Notes: generated from the letters alone by a model not told the origin. 64,000 nt of DNA from Candidatus Marinacidobacterales bacterium (GCA_965197825.1 CBDANW010000002.1:138059-202058); one strand, 5' to 3'; shown: positions 21,596 through 31,811, numbered from the stretch's first letter. Numbers and translations: made by a program.

Positions 21596-24500
21596 TCAAC
21601 CCTTGTCCCCACCAATGATCTTGTCCACGTACGAATACCGGCGACCCAAGATGCCCAAGAGTGTCGTTCCCACCTGAACCGTGAGCCGCTTCAGGTCGAA
21701 GAAGTCAAGAATGGCCCTAAGATGAGCGATCGATCCAGGTTCAAGGCCGCTACTCTCGGTCAACCTTCGCGCAACCAGTTGAAGCTCGCTGGGCGGGATC
21801 TCCTCGAATTCGCGGGGGCCTCTATCACGCACGATAATCGGCAGTGCACTCGCCGATCGAACGATCGTGTACACGAGCGCCAATTTTCTGGATTCGTCCT
21901 CCGAGACGACTTGCCCTTTCCGGATCGCGTGCTGCAAGGCTTTGTTCATCGCGCGTTTGAGCGGACTACCCATCCTGAGAATTCCGCAGCCGCGAAGATA
22001 GATGTCGTACGACCGTTTAGCGAGTATCGGCCCTTCGACGTCGATGATCCGGCGGAGGACTTCCGCCACTTGCGCAGGGTTCGCGTGTCGTGGGTCGGGG
22101 CCGCTGTCTCCTTCAAAGGCAACGTACGACTCGCGCGCTCCGGAGGTGCCGCTCCTGGGAGACGGTTGTGGAAACGGTGAGGGCTCCGGAACCAAAGACA
22201 GCACGGATGGCTGCAACTCCTCCTCATCAACCGTACGGATCGCAACTCCGGAGGCAGGTACGTCGGAAGCGGGTTGATGCACCTCCAGTAGAGCCGCATC
22301 CGACGGCGGGACGCCTGTGGATTCCGGATCCACGCCAGCAGGCGGAGGCTCGCTCGCTTCGGGTTCTACAAATGCCTCCTCCCTGCCGCCGAACGTCTCA
22401 ATGCTCGCGGGTGACGGAGGCTCACTGGCTGCCTTATCAATCCCGCCGGGTTGGATACCCAGGCGATCCAGGTCGTCCCAGACCGGCTCCATCGCCCTCA
22501 CCGGATCGCGGTAGAAGTCGCCGCCCCGAATCCGCGCGAATTGCCATCCGGCCCGCTCCAGGTCGCGCTGCCTAGACATGTCGTGCTCATAACGCTCAGC
22601 TCCGTGCCACTCGTCACCGTCACACTCCACAGCAAGCCGCCCTTGCATGCCTTCCACGACGAGATCGATTCGGTAGCGGTGGTTGGCGGGGTCGCCCACG
22701 CAGACCTGGGTCCGGACGTAGAAGCCTCGATCTGTGAGCCGCCGATACACATCTCTCTCGAACTTGGAGTCGAAGCGTTGTTCGCCTTCCTCGGTTGTCT
22801 GGCGCGTCGGGTCAAGCATGTAGCTCAGCAGACGGTATCGCATGCATGCATCGCTCAGCACGTCCAGCTTCGACGTGTGGTAGAGCCAGAGTTGGTCCTG
22901 AGCCCTGCTGACGGCAACGTTGAAACGCTGTCGTGCCGATTCAGCTGTTAGTGCGCCGATCCGTCTCTCCCCGGGAGCCGCGACCATGCTTAGGAATATG
23001 ACGTTTCGCTCGTCCCCCTGAAACGCGTAGGCGTCTCCGCAGATGAGCCGCCTCTCTTCGATGACCTCAGGGTCCAGAGTTTCCAAAAGTCTCCGCTCGA
23101 TCAGCTTGGCCTGCCCCTCCCCTTGAAGGCTGATGACGCCCATGGTTGCTCCCGCGTAACGGGGATCTTTAACGCAGGCCGCTATTTGACCAACCACCGC
23201 GTCTGCTTCGGGCGGATTCTGAGCGTTCTGCGTGCCGCCGACTCGATAGCCCTCAGCCACATGACGTAGCATAAGAGGCTGGAGGCGATTCGCCGGATAG
23301 GCGCGCAACGGATCGAGAGGCGTGCCGTTACTCGCGTAGCAGAGATCATTCGAAAACTGGATGATCTCAGGCATACATCGGAAATGCTCGCGCAACACAA
23401 GGTTCTGACTAAATCTGATCTTGGCATTGCCGTACAAGCTGCTCTGAGCAGAGAGTGCGTGATGATGAGGAATGCCCTCCAGATAGTGCTGTTGCAGCCC
23501 TGCAATCGCTGCGTCAGCAACTCCTATACCGTACGGACTGATCTGCTGGTCGTCGCCGACCACCACAAGCTTCTTGGCGATATAGAAGAGGAAGAGGCTT
23601 TCGACCCCTAACTGGCTCGCCTCGTCTACTATGACAAGGTCATAGCGGCCCGGTGCCGGATCGACCATTTCGGCGACGAGATACCGGGGCATGATCCATA
23701 CGGGAATGGCGTCGCGGCATGCATCCATGTACCGCCGCGCCTCCTGCCGAAGGCGAGCCATCTTGGCCGACTTTCCCGTCCCCTTACCCATGGCCCGAAC
23801 GGCTTCACGCCAGCTTTTCAGAGCGGCAGCCTGACGGGGGGAGAGCCTTTCGAAGAACTGCGTCCAAGCGCGCATGGCAGCAGCTTTAGCTAGCAGGCTA
23901 CCAATCTCCTTTTCTATCTCGTGCCGACGCTCCCAAAGCTCGTGTTGGTATTCGAAGTCTGATCGCTTCTCGAGCCAAACATCTGCCAGCGCCCATCGCC
24001 ATGCGTCCTCCCACGCCTGAAAACGAGTCTCCCAAGCTTGATCGCCGAGGCTTGAGGCGACGGACTCTACAAGGCCGGGGGCAGCATTGCCGAGTACTTC
24101 CTCAACGTGCATCCTCCGCTGCTGATCCATTCGAGTTGCTTCGGTAGAAACAACGAGTGCGTGGCTCTGACTGTAGGCGTAAACGTTACGTGACTCGACT
24201 GCGTCGGCGAGCGCCTGAACGACAGGATGGGCATCGTGGAGACCGAGTAGGCTCGCGAGCTGTTGGACACACGAGTCAACCCTGCGCGACGCTTCCTTGA
24301 AACGATCCTCGACGGATGCAACGTCAATCAATTCCAGGCACTCCTGCGCCTGACCATCCAGCCAGTCGGGCTCCGCGATCGGCGGCATTTCGCCGGCCAT
24401 TGATTGAGCGAGGAGATGACAGCCGTTTGCATATTCGCGGCACTTCTGGAGGACGGAGGCCTGCTCTTTAAGTACCGCGATACTCACACGTCGGTCGCCC

Positions 24501-26881
24501 GCAGGTGGCGGCGCGGCGCCGACGCCATTCCAAACCGATTGCAGATCCGCTAGCTCAGACCCACATTCCAAGTAATCGTTGACAACCTGCAGTCTGTCAG
24601 CATCCGCGGCGCCTTCCCCATCGACCACGACCTCATCTTTTAGATAGGCACGCCCTTTTAGCTCCCTAGGAGTAACGATGCCGAAACGTTTCCACTTGCC
24701 ACCGTCCTTGAAGTAGGAGAGCGCGGCTGCAGCGTCGGCGCGTACTTTTCTAGGATCGTAGGCATCGGGTAACTCGACGGTTTGGTGGCCGACACCATCG
24801 ATCAGACGTTCAATTCTGGGAAGGCGATCTCGGCTAACGTCTAAGACCGTGTCCCAGCGGGCCTGTCGCCCCGAAACTAGGTCCCGGAGTGCCGTCTCTT
24901 TCCATTTCCCTTCGATGCGGTCCAGCACAAGACGTTGCTCCTCGAGCTGCTTGAGCTTCGCTCGAAGTTGCTCCCGCGAGTCGCCGGACAGCGTCTGAAT
25001 CGCAGCGTAGGCGGCGTGCGACAGCATTTCCTCGTGGCTCGCGATGTTCGCCGCCGCCTCCTCCTCCGCAGTGACCGCGGATGCAAAATTGGCGGGGGCT
25101 GGCAGATCAGAACTTGCGGGTATCTGCACGTTTGCTTCCGAGACCTGTTCATCTGTGTACCGCCGCCGGATCGTGAGCCACGACATCACGTCTTTATTTG
25201 AAAGGGGCGGTGCCTCTTGCGCATCTCGTGGCAACTTCAGCCATGAGTGCCGATCACTCTCCCGAGCGACTCTCTCGGCAATTGCCGAGGCGGTCCCGTT
25301 ATAGGTGCCATGGGCAACCGAATGTGGACATGTCTCTTCCTCACGCAAGCTACGGAGCTCTGAGTCAGTGTCTGCCAGGCGGCCACGAGCGTTGTCGAGT
25401 TCACGGTCGACTTCGGCAGTTCTGTCGTCGTAAGCTCCGGGCGAATAGGCGGCTTGCCGAGTCGTAATTCCCTGCACCGACGTGTTGAGCTCTGCGAACG
25501 CATCGCCTCCCTGCCCGAGGAGGCTGACACAGAGTGGCTGAATCTCTTCCGGGAGCTTATCCTTGAGCACTTGGAGGGCTCGTCCGGTCTCAGCGGTGAT
25601 TAGTACTCGCTTGCCGGTAGCCAACAAGTGGCATATCAGATTGGCTATCGTGTGACTCTTGCCAGTCCCTGGCGGCCCCTGAACCAGGACGCCGCGCCGG
25701 CGGCTGATCGCCTCAACAATGCGACGCTGCTCCCGGTTCGCGGCCAAGGGAAAGTAAACCTCGGCGGGATCTTCTACGGCGCTTTCCCTTCCCTGCTCTT
25801 CGCGTCCACGGTCGCCGTCGGTTGCGCCGTCTCCCACATCCTCGATCAGTCCTCCCCATAGTTCTGGGATCTCAATCTCATCGTTGGAGAGCTGGTCGAT
25901 AAGCTCGCTGTAGATTCGAACCATTCCGGTCTGGGTTCTCTTGCGCAGTATGAGGGCCGGTGCAAAGCTCATCGTCGGGTCGTTCGCGACACTCGCCTTG
26001 GCGCCCAGCCCGGCCGACCACTGCGAGTCTGGACTGAGCGCACCTACCCAGGCTCTGAGCGCGGTGTGCATTTGCCCCTTGTCCCAGATGTCGTCACCGA
26101 TCTCCTCAAGCTGCATCTCAGCCGAGGCATAATGGGTCCGGTCAGGACGGAGCTCGGCCTCCAGCATGTCGTCCTCGATCCTGAGACGAGCGCCGTCGCC
26201 TGGCGGGAGAACGCGAATCACACCTTTGGCAGGATCAAACTCAACTTCGACTCGCCCCACGACGGCGTGCCGACGGATCGGAATGACTCTCTCGTTGAGC
26301 TTGGCGCGCCAGTCCAGGAGGCCCAACCCAAGAACAACCTCAATGATCTCACCTTGCTTCCGCACCTGCGTATGCAAGCGGAACAGCTGGGCGTAGACTC
26401 TCTGAATCGCCTCGCGACGACGATGCTCCGTCGACCACGCCTCCCAGTGTGGCGCGTAGCTGTCGTAGGCTTTCTGGATCCCCGGATGGTCGCTGAGTGA
26501 CCGTTCCCTCAGCGGTGGAGTCTCTCCCTCTTCAAGCTCAGCTTCTTGGTCCTGCAGGAATATGGTCGGCCACAACGCGGGGATTTCGGTCGTCGCGCGC
26601 CTGAGTGCTTGCTCGTCTAGCCACGGCAGCGTCGACGCGGGCGGTGGTGGCGTTTTTTCGAATCGCTGCTTCTTGACCTCCAGCCAAGGGTCGTCTGTAT
26701 CGTGGTCGTCCATCCATGCCGCGCATCGACAGTCCGACTCTTGAGGCATGTTGCCAAACCAAAGAACGGTGTCATAATTCGTCACATCTCGGACTGTGGT
26801 TGTCCGAAGCCCGACGAACTCCTTCAGGTAGCGCGCCAGCCGGAGCGAGGGGTTCTCCAATTGGACGTCGTTCGGGCTCAT
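21596..26881 (-). CDS. giant SF1 (Upf1-like, AAA_11/AAA_12) helicase fused to a Vsr/DUF559-like endonuclease and a DUF3320-like tail (Hhe-like)
   Basis: Helicase motifs are VLVQGPPGTGKSH, DLVIVDEASQ, VVVGDDQQISP, GDERNVIFLSMV and RFNVAVSRAQDQLWLYH. The nuclease module reads FERDVYRRLTDRGFYVRTQV..YRIDLVVEGMQGRLAVECDGDEWH. The C-terminal segment is VEGPILAKRSYDIYLRGCGILRMGSPLKR. The start is set at MSPNDVQ (26881) because the 39-aa track extension reads into an inverted-repeat element. Confidence 0.8.
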   Translation of the reverse strand: MSPNDVQLENPSLRLARYLKEFVGLRTTTVRDVTNYDTVLWFGNMPQESDCRCAAWMDDHDTDDPWLEVKKQRFEKTPPPPASTLPWLDEQALRRATTEIPALWPTIFLQDQEAELEEGETPPLRERSLSDHPGIQKAYDSYAPHWEAWSTEHRRREAIQRVYAQLFRLHTQVRKQGEIIEVVLGLGLLDWRAKLNERVIPIRRHAVVGRVEVEFDPAKGVIRVLPPGDGARLRIEDDMLEAELRPDRTHYASAEMQLEEIGDDIWDKGQMHTALRAWVGALSPDSQWSAGLGAKASVANDPTMSFAPALILRKRTQTGMVRIYSELIDQLSNDEIEIPELWGGLIEDVGDGATDGDRGREEQGRESAVEDPAEVYFPLAANREQRRIVEAISRRRGVLVQGPPGTGKSHTIANLICHLLATGKRVLITAETGRALQVLKDKLPEEIQPLCVSLLGQGGDAFAELNTSVQGITTRQAAYSPGAYDDRTAEVDRELDNARGRLADTDSELRSLREEETCPHSVAHGTYNGTASAIAERVARESDRHSWLKLPRDAQEAPPLSNKDVMSWLTIRRRYTDEQVSEANVQIPASSDLPAPANFASAVTAEEEAAANIASHEEMLSHAAYAAIQTLSGDSREQLRAKLKQLEEQRLVLDRIEGKWKETALRDLVSGRQARWDTVLDVSRDRLPRIERLIDGVGHQTVELPDAYDPRKVRADAAAALSYFKDGGKWKRFGIVTPRELKGRAYLKDEVVVDGEGAADADRLQVVNDYLECGSELADLQSVWNGVGAAPPPAGDRRVSIAVLKEQASVLQKCREYANGCHLLAQSMAGEMPPIAEPDWLDGQAQECLELIDVASVEDRFKEASRRVDSCVQQLASLLGLHDAHPVVQALADAVESRNVYAYSQSHALVVSTEATRMDQQRRMHVEEVLGNAAPGLVESVASSLGDQAWETRFQAWEDAWRWALADVWLEKRSDFEYQHELWERRHEIEKEIGSLLAKAAAMRAWTQFFERLSPRQAAALKSWREAVRAMGKGTGKSAKMARLRQEARRYMDACRDAIPVWIMPRYLVAEMVDPAPGRYDLVIVDEASQLGVESLFLFYIAKKLVVVGDDQQISPYGIGVADAAIAGLQQHYLEGIPHHHALSAQSSLYGNAKIRFSQNLVLREHFRCMPEIIQFSNDLCYASNGTPLDPLRAYPANRLQPLMLRHVAEGYRVGGTQNAQNPPEADAVVGQIAACVKDPRYAGATMGVISLQGEGQAKLIERRLLETLDPEVIEERRLICGDAYAFQGDERNVIFLSMVAAPGERRIGALTAESARQRFNVAVSRAQDQLWLYHTSKLDVLSDACMRYRLLSYMLDPTRQTTEEGEQRFDSKFERDVYRRLTDRGFYVRTQVCVGDPANHRYRIDLVVEGMQGRLAVECDGDEWHGAERYEHDMSRQRDLERAGWQFARIRGGDFYRDPVRAMEPVWDDLDRLGIQPGGIDKAASEPPSPASIETFGGREEAFVEPEASEPPPAGVDPESTGVPPSDAALLEVHQPASDVPASGVAIRTVDEEELQPSVLSLVPEPSPFPQPSPRSGTSGARESYVAFEGDSGPDPRHANPAQVAEVLRRIIDVEGPILAKRSYDIYLRGCGILRMGSPLKRAMNKALQHAIRKGQVVSEDESRKLALVYTIVRSASALPIIVRDRGPREFEEIPPSELQLVARRLTESSGLEPGSIAHLRAILDFFDLKRLTVQVGTTLLGILGRRYSYVDKIIGGDKG

Positions 26882-27078
26882 CTTATGACCTCGGGTCCGG
26901 CCGAGCCACCGGCAAACGCGTTGGGCAGGATCGTCAGCGAAACGTCGTGGCACCGCTTGCCATCGAATACACCGCAAGGTACTGTCAAGTTGAGGCATTC
27001 AGGGCCGATCCGACCCCAAGATGTTGGCAACACGGTGCGCTCAAGCCCCATTATTTAGCGGCCCGCTCCGAGCTTGAG

Positions 27079-28538
27079 GGGGATGTCCCGGCCGCTGTTG
27101 AATTTGGTCGGGTAGCGGCGGCACCTGTGAATACTCTTAGGCAGCAAACTCATCGCTGTCAAGAGATTTCTGTTTGCTTCTAAGCGCGTGAACGAGAGCG
27201 CCCATATGGCGATAGCCTTTGATACGCCGGAACTTTTTCTGCGCGGTGACGACGCCAAGAGCGGTCCATCGGCGAACCATGGAAGGACTCTACCAACGCT
27301 TGACGTTTCTCGATACTCTGCGAATGGTTCCGTTGAGATTCTCAATGGCGTTCGTCGTGGCAAGAGACTGGCGAAGTAAGGCGGGCAGCGCGAGCTTCAC
27401 GACCGTGAGTGTCTCTTCCATCCCTTCACGAAGGCTTCCGGCAGCTTCGTCGTAGCCGTTTCGCTCGAGCCACGACACCAATGCCTGAAGTCGCTTGCGC
27501 GCCTTGTCGGCACTCTTGCACTTGTAGGCTTCCTTCATCGTCTGGAGCACGTAGGCGTGACGAGATTTGGGAAGGTACGAGCGAAGATTCCGGAGTTTAT
27601 GGATCTGGCACCTTTGGATGACCGCGAGGTCCCCCAAAACGTCGACGAGTGCCTTGCGGATGCCTTTGCCTCCGTCCACTACGCAGAGAATCGACTCATC
27701 GACGCGCAAGCCTCGCTCGAGAAGGTCCTGCAACATCGCGGTGCACACCCGAGAGTTCTCCGTCGAGCCCAGCCATATACCCAGGGGCACCTTCGTTCCA
27801 TCTATTGTGATACCGAGAGTTACGACGACGGTCTGTCCGGCCACCTCAAGGCCATCCAGCATCAGTGCCGCAAGCTCGAACTCCTCTAGCCGCCGAGACA
27901 GGTATTCCTCGAGCTTCTTAGTCGTCTGGCTCACGAGGTGACGGCTGGCGGCACTCTTACTCGTGCCACGAAACTTCAACTTGGCCGTGGGTTTGTCCAG
28001 ACTCGATTCGTAATTTCGGGTCGATACCCCCACCAAGATCTGATTCAACACTCGCTCTGGAAGCGGGTCTTCTTCGCGGAAGGCTTCGAAGTGTGGAAGC
28101 GACGCCTCCTCGCCCGACTTCGAGCGAACTCGAGGTCGCGACACTTGGATGCGACGACCACCGAAGCTCAGCTCTCCGTTCGTGCTCCCCCAGTGGTTAT
28201 GAGTTCGCTCCTTCTCGTGCTTGCCCTTGAGCCCCGCGATCTCCTCGGCGTCCTCTCTGAGCAGTAGGTGCAGAGCTGTCAGTCCTTGCTCGTACACCCA
28301 TTCCGTCAGATCCGCCTTCGTGGCCGCGATCCCAGCTATCATCGGTAGCAGTATCTGACCGACTTGGCCAACTACCTTGCCCGTAGGCGAGTGCGTTTGC
28401 TTTCTTACTGGCTTCTTCGATTTCCTAGGCATTGGTGGCTCCTTGTCCCCCTCTGGAGACGGTTTATTGGCAGACCTATTCTTAGGCCGGCCAAGGAGCC
28501 GCCGCTACCCCAAATTCAACATCCGGCGGGACATCCCC
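27079..28538 (-). mobile_element. third type of IS256-family insertion sequence with 8-bp target duplication
   Basis: Ends GGGGATGTCCCGGCCGCTGTTGAATTTGG... / ...CCAAATTCAACATCCGGCGGGACATCCCC. The direct duplication AGCTTGAG lies at 27071-27078 and 28539-28546. Confidence 0.85.
27137..28432 (-). pseudogene. IS256-family transposase with an in-frame TAG stop
   Basis: The 380-aa ORF ends ...TTNAIENLNGTIRRVSRNVKRW*. The same frame continues as SPSMVRRWTALGVVTAQKKFRRIKGYRHMGALVHALRSKQKSLDSDEFAA*, which is the conserved family C-terminus. Confidence 0.75.
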
Positions 28539-28649
28539 AGCTTGAGACCTCAACTTGACAGTACCCTTTGTCATTGTCCCAACGCTGGATCCCGACGGCG
28601 TAACGGATTCCGGTAATCTGGCACGTTGTCACGTCGCCACGTTGATCTA

Positions 28650-29120
28650 CTATTCGCCTTTGGTTTTCTCCAGGTAAATCATTGTCGGGAAGGATCGTTT
28701 CGGATACCGACCTGAGAATTCTAGTTGATGCCTACGAAGCTTGGTTCCTTGCTTGTTGACTAGGTCGTGGCCTTTCGACAAGAGATACCGGATGAGAGCC
28801 CGCTCAGCCAAGGCCAAGCACTTGGATAGTCGTTGGCCGCGTTTCGTCACAAGTCTACCGGCCAGCAGAACCCGCTTTCCGGTTTTGGCGGCGTGAAGAT
28901 GCCGCATCAAACGCAGGTTGTTGAGATGCCCCTTGACGCGTGCGCGGATGTTGCTCGCCTTGCCCACATACAACGCTTCGAAGTGACGGCCCCACTGCCT
29001 TCCAAAGATGTAGATCCCTGCTGCATCCTCGACCTTGCTAAGGTCGAGGTTGTAGATCATGACACCCCTTCTGACGTCTCTGAGCTGGATCGGACGAGTC
29101 CAGTCAATCCACAGCTTCAT
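28650..29120 (-). CDS. GIY-YIG domain protein (156 aa)
   Basis: AAGIYIFGRQWGRHFEALYVGKASNIRARVKGHLNN carries the GIY and YVG motifs plus the conserved Arg and His. It has the same orientation as the giant helicase gene and lies ~300 bp upstream of it once the IS is removed. Confidence 0.65.
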   Translation of the reverse strand: MKLWIDWTRPIQLRDVRRGVMIYNLDLSKVEDAAGIYIFGRQWGRHFEALYVGKASNIRARVKGHLNNLRLMRHLHAAKTGKRVLLAGRLVTKRGQRLSKCLALAERALIRYLLSKGHDLVNKQGTKLRRHQLEFSGRYPKRSFPTMIYLEKTKGE

Positions 29121-29439
29121 CCAGCGACCTCCTTACATTGTCGTCATAAGCTTCGCTTTAGGCATCCAGAGGTTACGCGATATCCCTGAATTTTGCGGAA
29201 ATTTTTGTCAGTCGCCAAGTGGGCCGAGACGGCGGATTGTAGCACCATCAACCAGATTCTGCCTGTTTCCGAGTGGTCAATGCCGGCGTCTGGGGTTAAA
29301 CCTCGGACCAAAGCGGCAGGTCGATCCGTAACATAAACCGATAGCGCCTCCACCGCTGCACCTCGTACGGAGACGAATCGAACGCCATCAGATTCGCCTC
29401 ACCGTGGTGGACATCGCTGGGGACTTCGAAGTGGTCCAT

Positions 29440-29758
29440 CCCGTCCTGTGCCAAAACTCGGCCCTTTTGAAAGACCATGGCTGTAATTTAATGCACTGTA
29501 AAGTCTTAGTGTCATTTTGCCAACACTTAATGGTGGAAGCACCCATGAGGTCTGTGTGAGCGGCAGGGCTGCCCGATCGAACAACGGCTGCCTGACCAAC
29601 AGTAGGATTTGCACATGGTACGTCATGATGGATCCGAAGATAACACCCTCGGGCCAGACGATTGTAAAGCCCACAGCCCTTGGCACCGTCGCAAAACACA
29701 GACGCTAAGCTGCTGATTTATCGGCTATTTCAAGAGGGCCGAGTTTTGGCACAGGACG
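29440..29758. mobile_element. ~320-bp TIR-A MITE, copy 2 (inverted relative to copy 1)
   Basis: Near-identical to 5443-5763 in reverse complement. Confidence 0.8.
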
Positions 29759-29839
29759 CGCATAGGAGTTCGGGCGCGCCAGCTGGACGAAACGGATGGT
29801 CTGGAGGAGAGGTCTGCTCGGGAGCGCCTATCGCAGAGC

Positions 29840-29992
29840 CTGTGCCTTCTATTTATTCATCCGCCAGCCCCATGGGTCGGAAGTCAGCCCTGCGGCGCGA
29901 AATACCCTGGATTCTGCGCGGATTCCAAGGGCGTCTAAGCTGCTGATTTGTGGTCTATTTCAAAAGGGCCGAGTTTTGGCACAGGACGGGGG
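29840..29992. mobile_element. ~150-bp MITE variant (CTGTGCCTTCTATTTATTCATCC ... GGCACAGGACGGG)
   Basis: The same termini as 12448-12626 with a different internal segment, shared with 7068-7182. Confidence 0.65.
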
Positions 29993-30399
29993 TGGTTTTG
30001 GGCAAGACTGTCCGCCGCCATACCAGCCAGGAGTTCGTCGCCTTCTTGGAGCAGCTGGTTGCGAGCCACAAGCGAAAGCGCGAAATACATGTCATCCTCG
30101 ACAATCTGTCGGCTCACAAGACCGCCAAGGTCGCACAGTTCCTCGAGGCCAACCCAAAAGTCCGACTCCACTTCACACCCACATATTCCTCCTGGCTGAA
30201 CAAAATCGAACTCTGGTTCTCCAAGATCGAGCGTGCCCTGATCCATCGAGGCGTGTTCACGTCAACCCACGACCTGACCCGCAAGATCATGCGCTACATT
30301 CGCAAGTACAACGAAGACCCCAAGCCCGTGAAGTGGACCTACAACGATCCGTCACGACGCATTAAAACCACTAAACGTTCAGTTGTTACAGTCTACTAG
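29993..30399 (+). pseudogene. C-terminal half of an IS630-family transposase
   Basis: IHVILDNLSAHKTAKVAQFL...LHFTPTYSSWLNKIELWFSKIER is the DDE region of IS630/Tc1-like transposases. The 5' half is deleted at the MITE junction. Confidence 0.75.
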
Positions 30400-30537
30400 G
30401 TGGTCATCTGCATGGTGACGACCCGCCCGCCCAAGACGATTGTAAAGCCCACGGCCCTTGGCCCGGTCGCAAACACAGACACTAAGCTGCTGATTTATGG
30501 TCTATTTCAAAAGGGCCGAGTTTTGGCACAGGACGGG
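30399..30537. repeat. right-end ~140 bp of the TIR-A IS (solo end)
   Basis: Matches 54178-54313 (GGTGGTC.TCTGCATGGTGACGACCCG.CC.CCCAAGACGATTGTA.AGCC...GGCACAGGACGGG). Confidence 0.75.
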
Positions 30538-31040
30538 AACGAAGGAGGCTGACGCTCGCGCACGAGCTTGCGCATTGGCTCATCAATGCGGACAGCCTCT
30601 CTGACAAGGACAATGAGCGAGCCGCGAACGTCTTTGCGGGTGCGTTCCTGATGCCGGCTGAGCATCTGCTCGGCGAGGTTGGCAAACACCGGAACGCTCT
30701 CGGTTACAAGGAGTTGATCGAATTGAAACATCTCTACCGGGTGAGTGGCGCTGCGCTGCTTGTTCGACTGCGCCAGCTTGAAGTGATCAGTGAATCGACT
30801 TTGACTTACGCGTTTCAAACGATCGGCCGCGGCTGGCGCACGCAGGAGCCGGAAGAGCTTGAGCCGTCGGTGGAAAGAGGGACGCATGAGCGCGCGCGGC
30901 GTTTTGAACGACTGTGCTACCGGGCGCTCGCTGAAGGGCTGATTTCGTTGATCAAGGGCGCTGAGCTACTGCGGCTTCCTGTGCCGCAAGTAGCGGCAGA
31001 CCTGAAAGGGCCGCAGGGCGTCCATGCGGATCGTCGTTAG
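30538..31040 (+). pseudogene. ImmA/IrrE-family (COG2856) metallopeptidase, 5'-truncated
   Basis: The reading frame starts at the IS terminus with RRRLTLAHELAHWLINAD...ERAANVFAGAFLMPAEHLL (HExxH motif). The stop overlaps ATGCGGATCGTCGTTAGTGATAGCAGC (MRIVVSDSSCLIDLT*), a 15-codon stub that looks like a PIN-domain start. Confidence 0.6.
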
Positions 31041-31119
31041 TGATAGCAGCTGCCTCATCGATCTCACATAAATTCGCCTTCCTAGTCCGTAGTGTCGGCG
31101 TAGTCCTGTGGGCCTACAT

Positions 31120-31811
31120 TTAAGATTGATAATCCTTTACGGCTTGCTGAATGATTCGCCGGACAACGTCGTTGACAGATTCGAACTCCGCGGGTGACAG
31201 GTTCAGCCAGATCCTTTTTCTCTTCTTCATAAAGTCGACACCGGCGTCAGCCAACGAATCGTCGAACGCATCTTTGTCCGATAACTTAACACCCAGTCGC
31301 AAATGACCTTTTCGCGGGTAGCACACAACAAAATTACGAGTACGCAATCCGTCGCTAAGACCGATATGGCTTTGTGTGTAGTTCAGCGTGTGCTTCTTTT
31401 CGCAAAACTCGTTAATCATCTCTCCGACGGTGTCGACGAGCACCATGATCTCTTGCGGACGTTTGCTCTCCCAGAATGCTCGATCCGCTGGAGTCTTCGC
31501 CCCTTCCTCCTCCTCCTCCTCCTCCTCCTCCTCATCAACTCTCAGTTCGGTTTGATCCAGAACCTTGACGAAATCCAAAAGGATATGATCGTTAACTTTC
31601 AATGCGCTGAACTGAATGCAGATAAGCGGAATGGACCCAGAGAACAAAGACAGAACGTTGAGGAAGCGTGATGTGATGTTTTCTGCAACGAGTACCGCAA
31701 CGTGCTCGTACGCTGGATATCGGCGTCTCTCGATGTCCCAGTATTCGATTGTCCTGATTATGTGACTAAGCTGCCCCACAAACTCTACGAATATTGCCCT
31801 CAGCAGCTCGT
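31120..31811 (-). pseudogene. hypothetical protein (possible PD-(D/E)XK-like N-part, poly-Glu linker), 5'-truncated by IS fragment
   Basis: The coherent sequence ...AIFVEFVGQLSHIIRTIEYWDIERRRYPAYEHVAVLVAENI...(E)10...NYTQSHIGLSDGLRTRNFVVCYPRKGHLRLGVKLSD has no Met before the junction. The first ~70 aa of the track ORF are antisense to a transposase fragment. Confidence 0.45.

Noticed and set aside
26882-26998. 39-aa N-terminal extension of the giant helicase ORF (MPQLDSTLRC...).
   Set aside because: The extension is encoded by the 18-bp inverted-repeat element (CCTCAACTTGACAGTACC), which recurs at 28548 and 32451. The internal Met at 26881 has a plausible SD.
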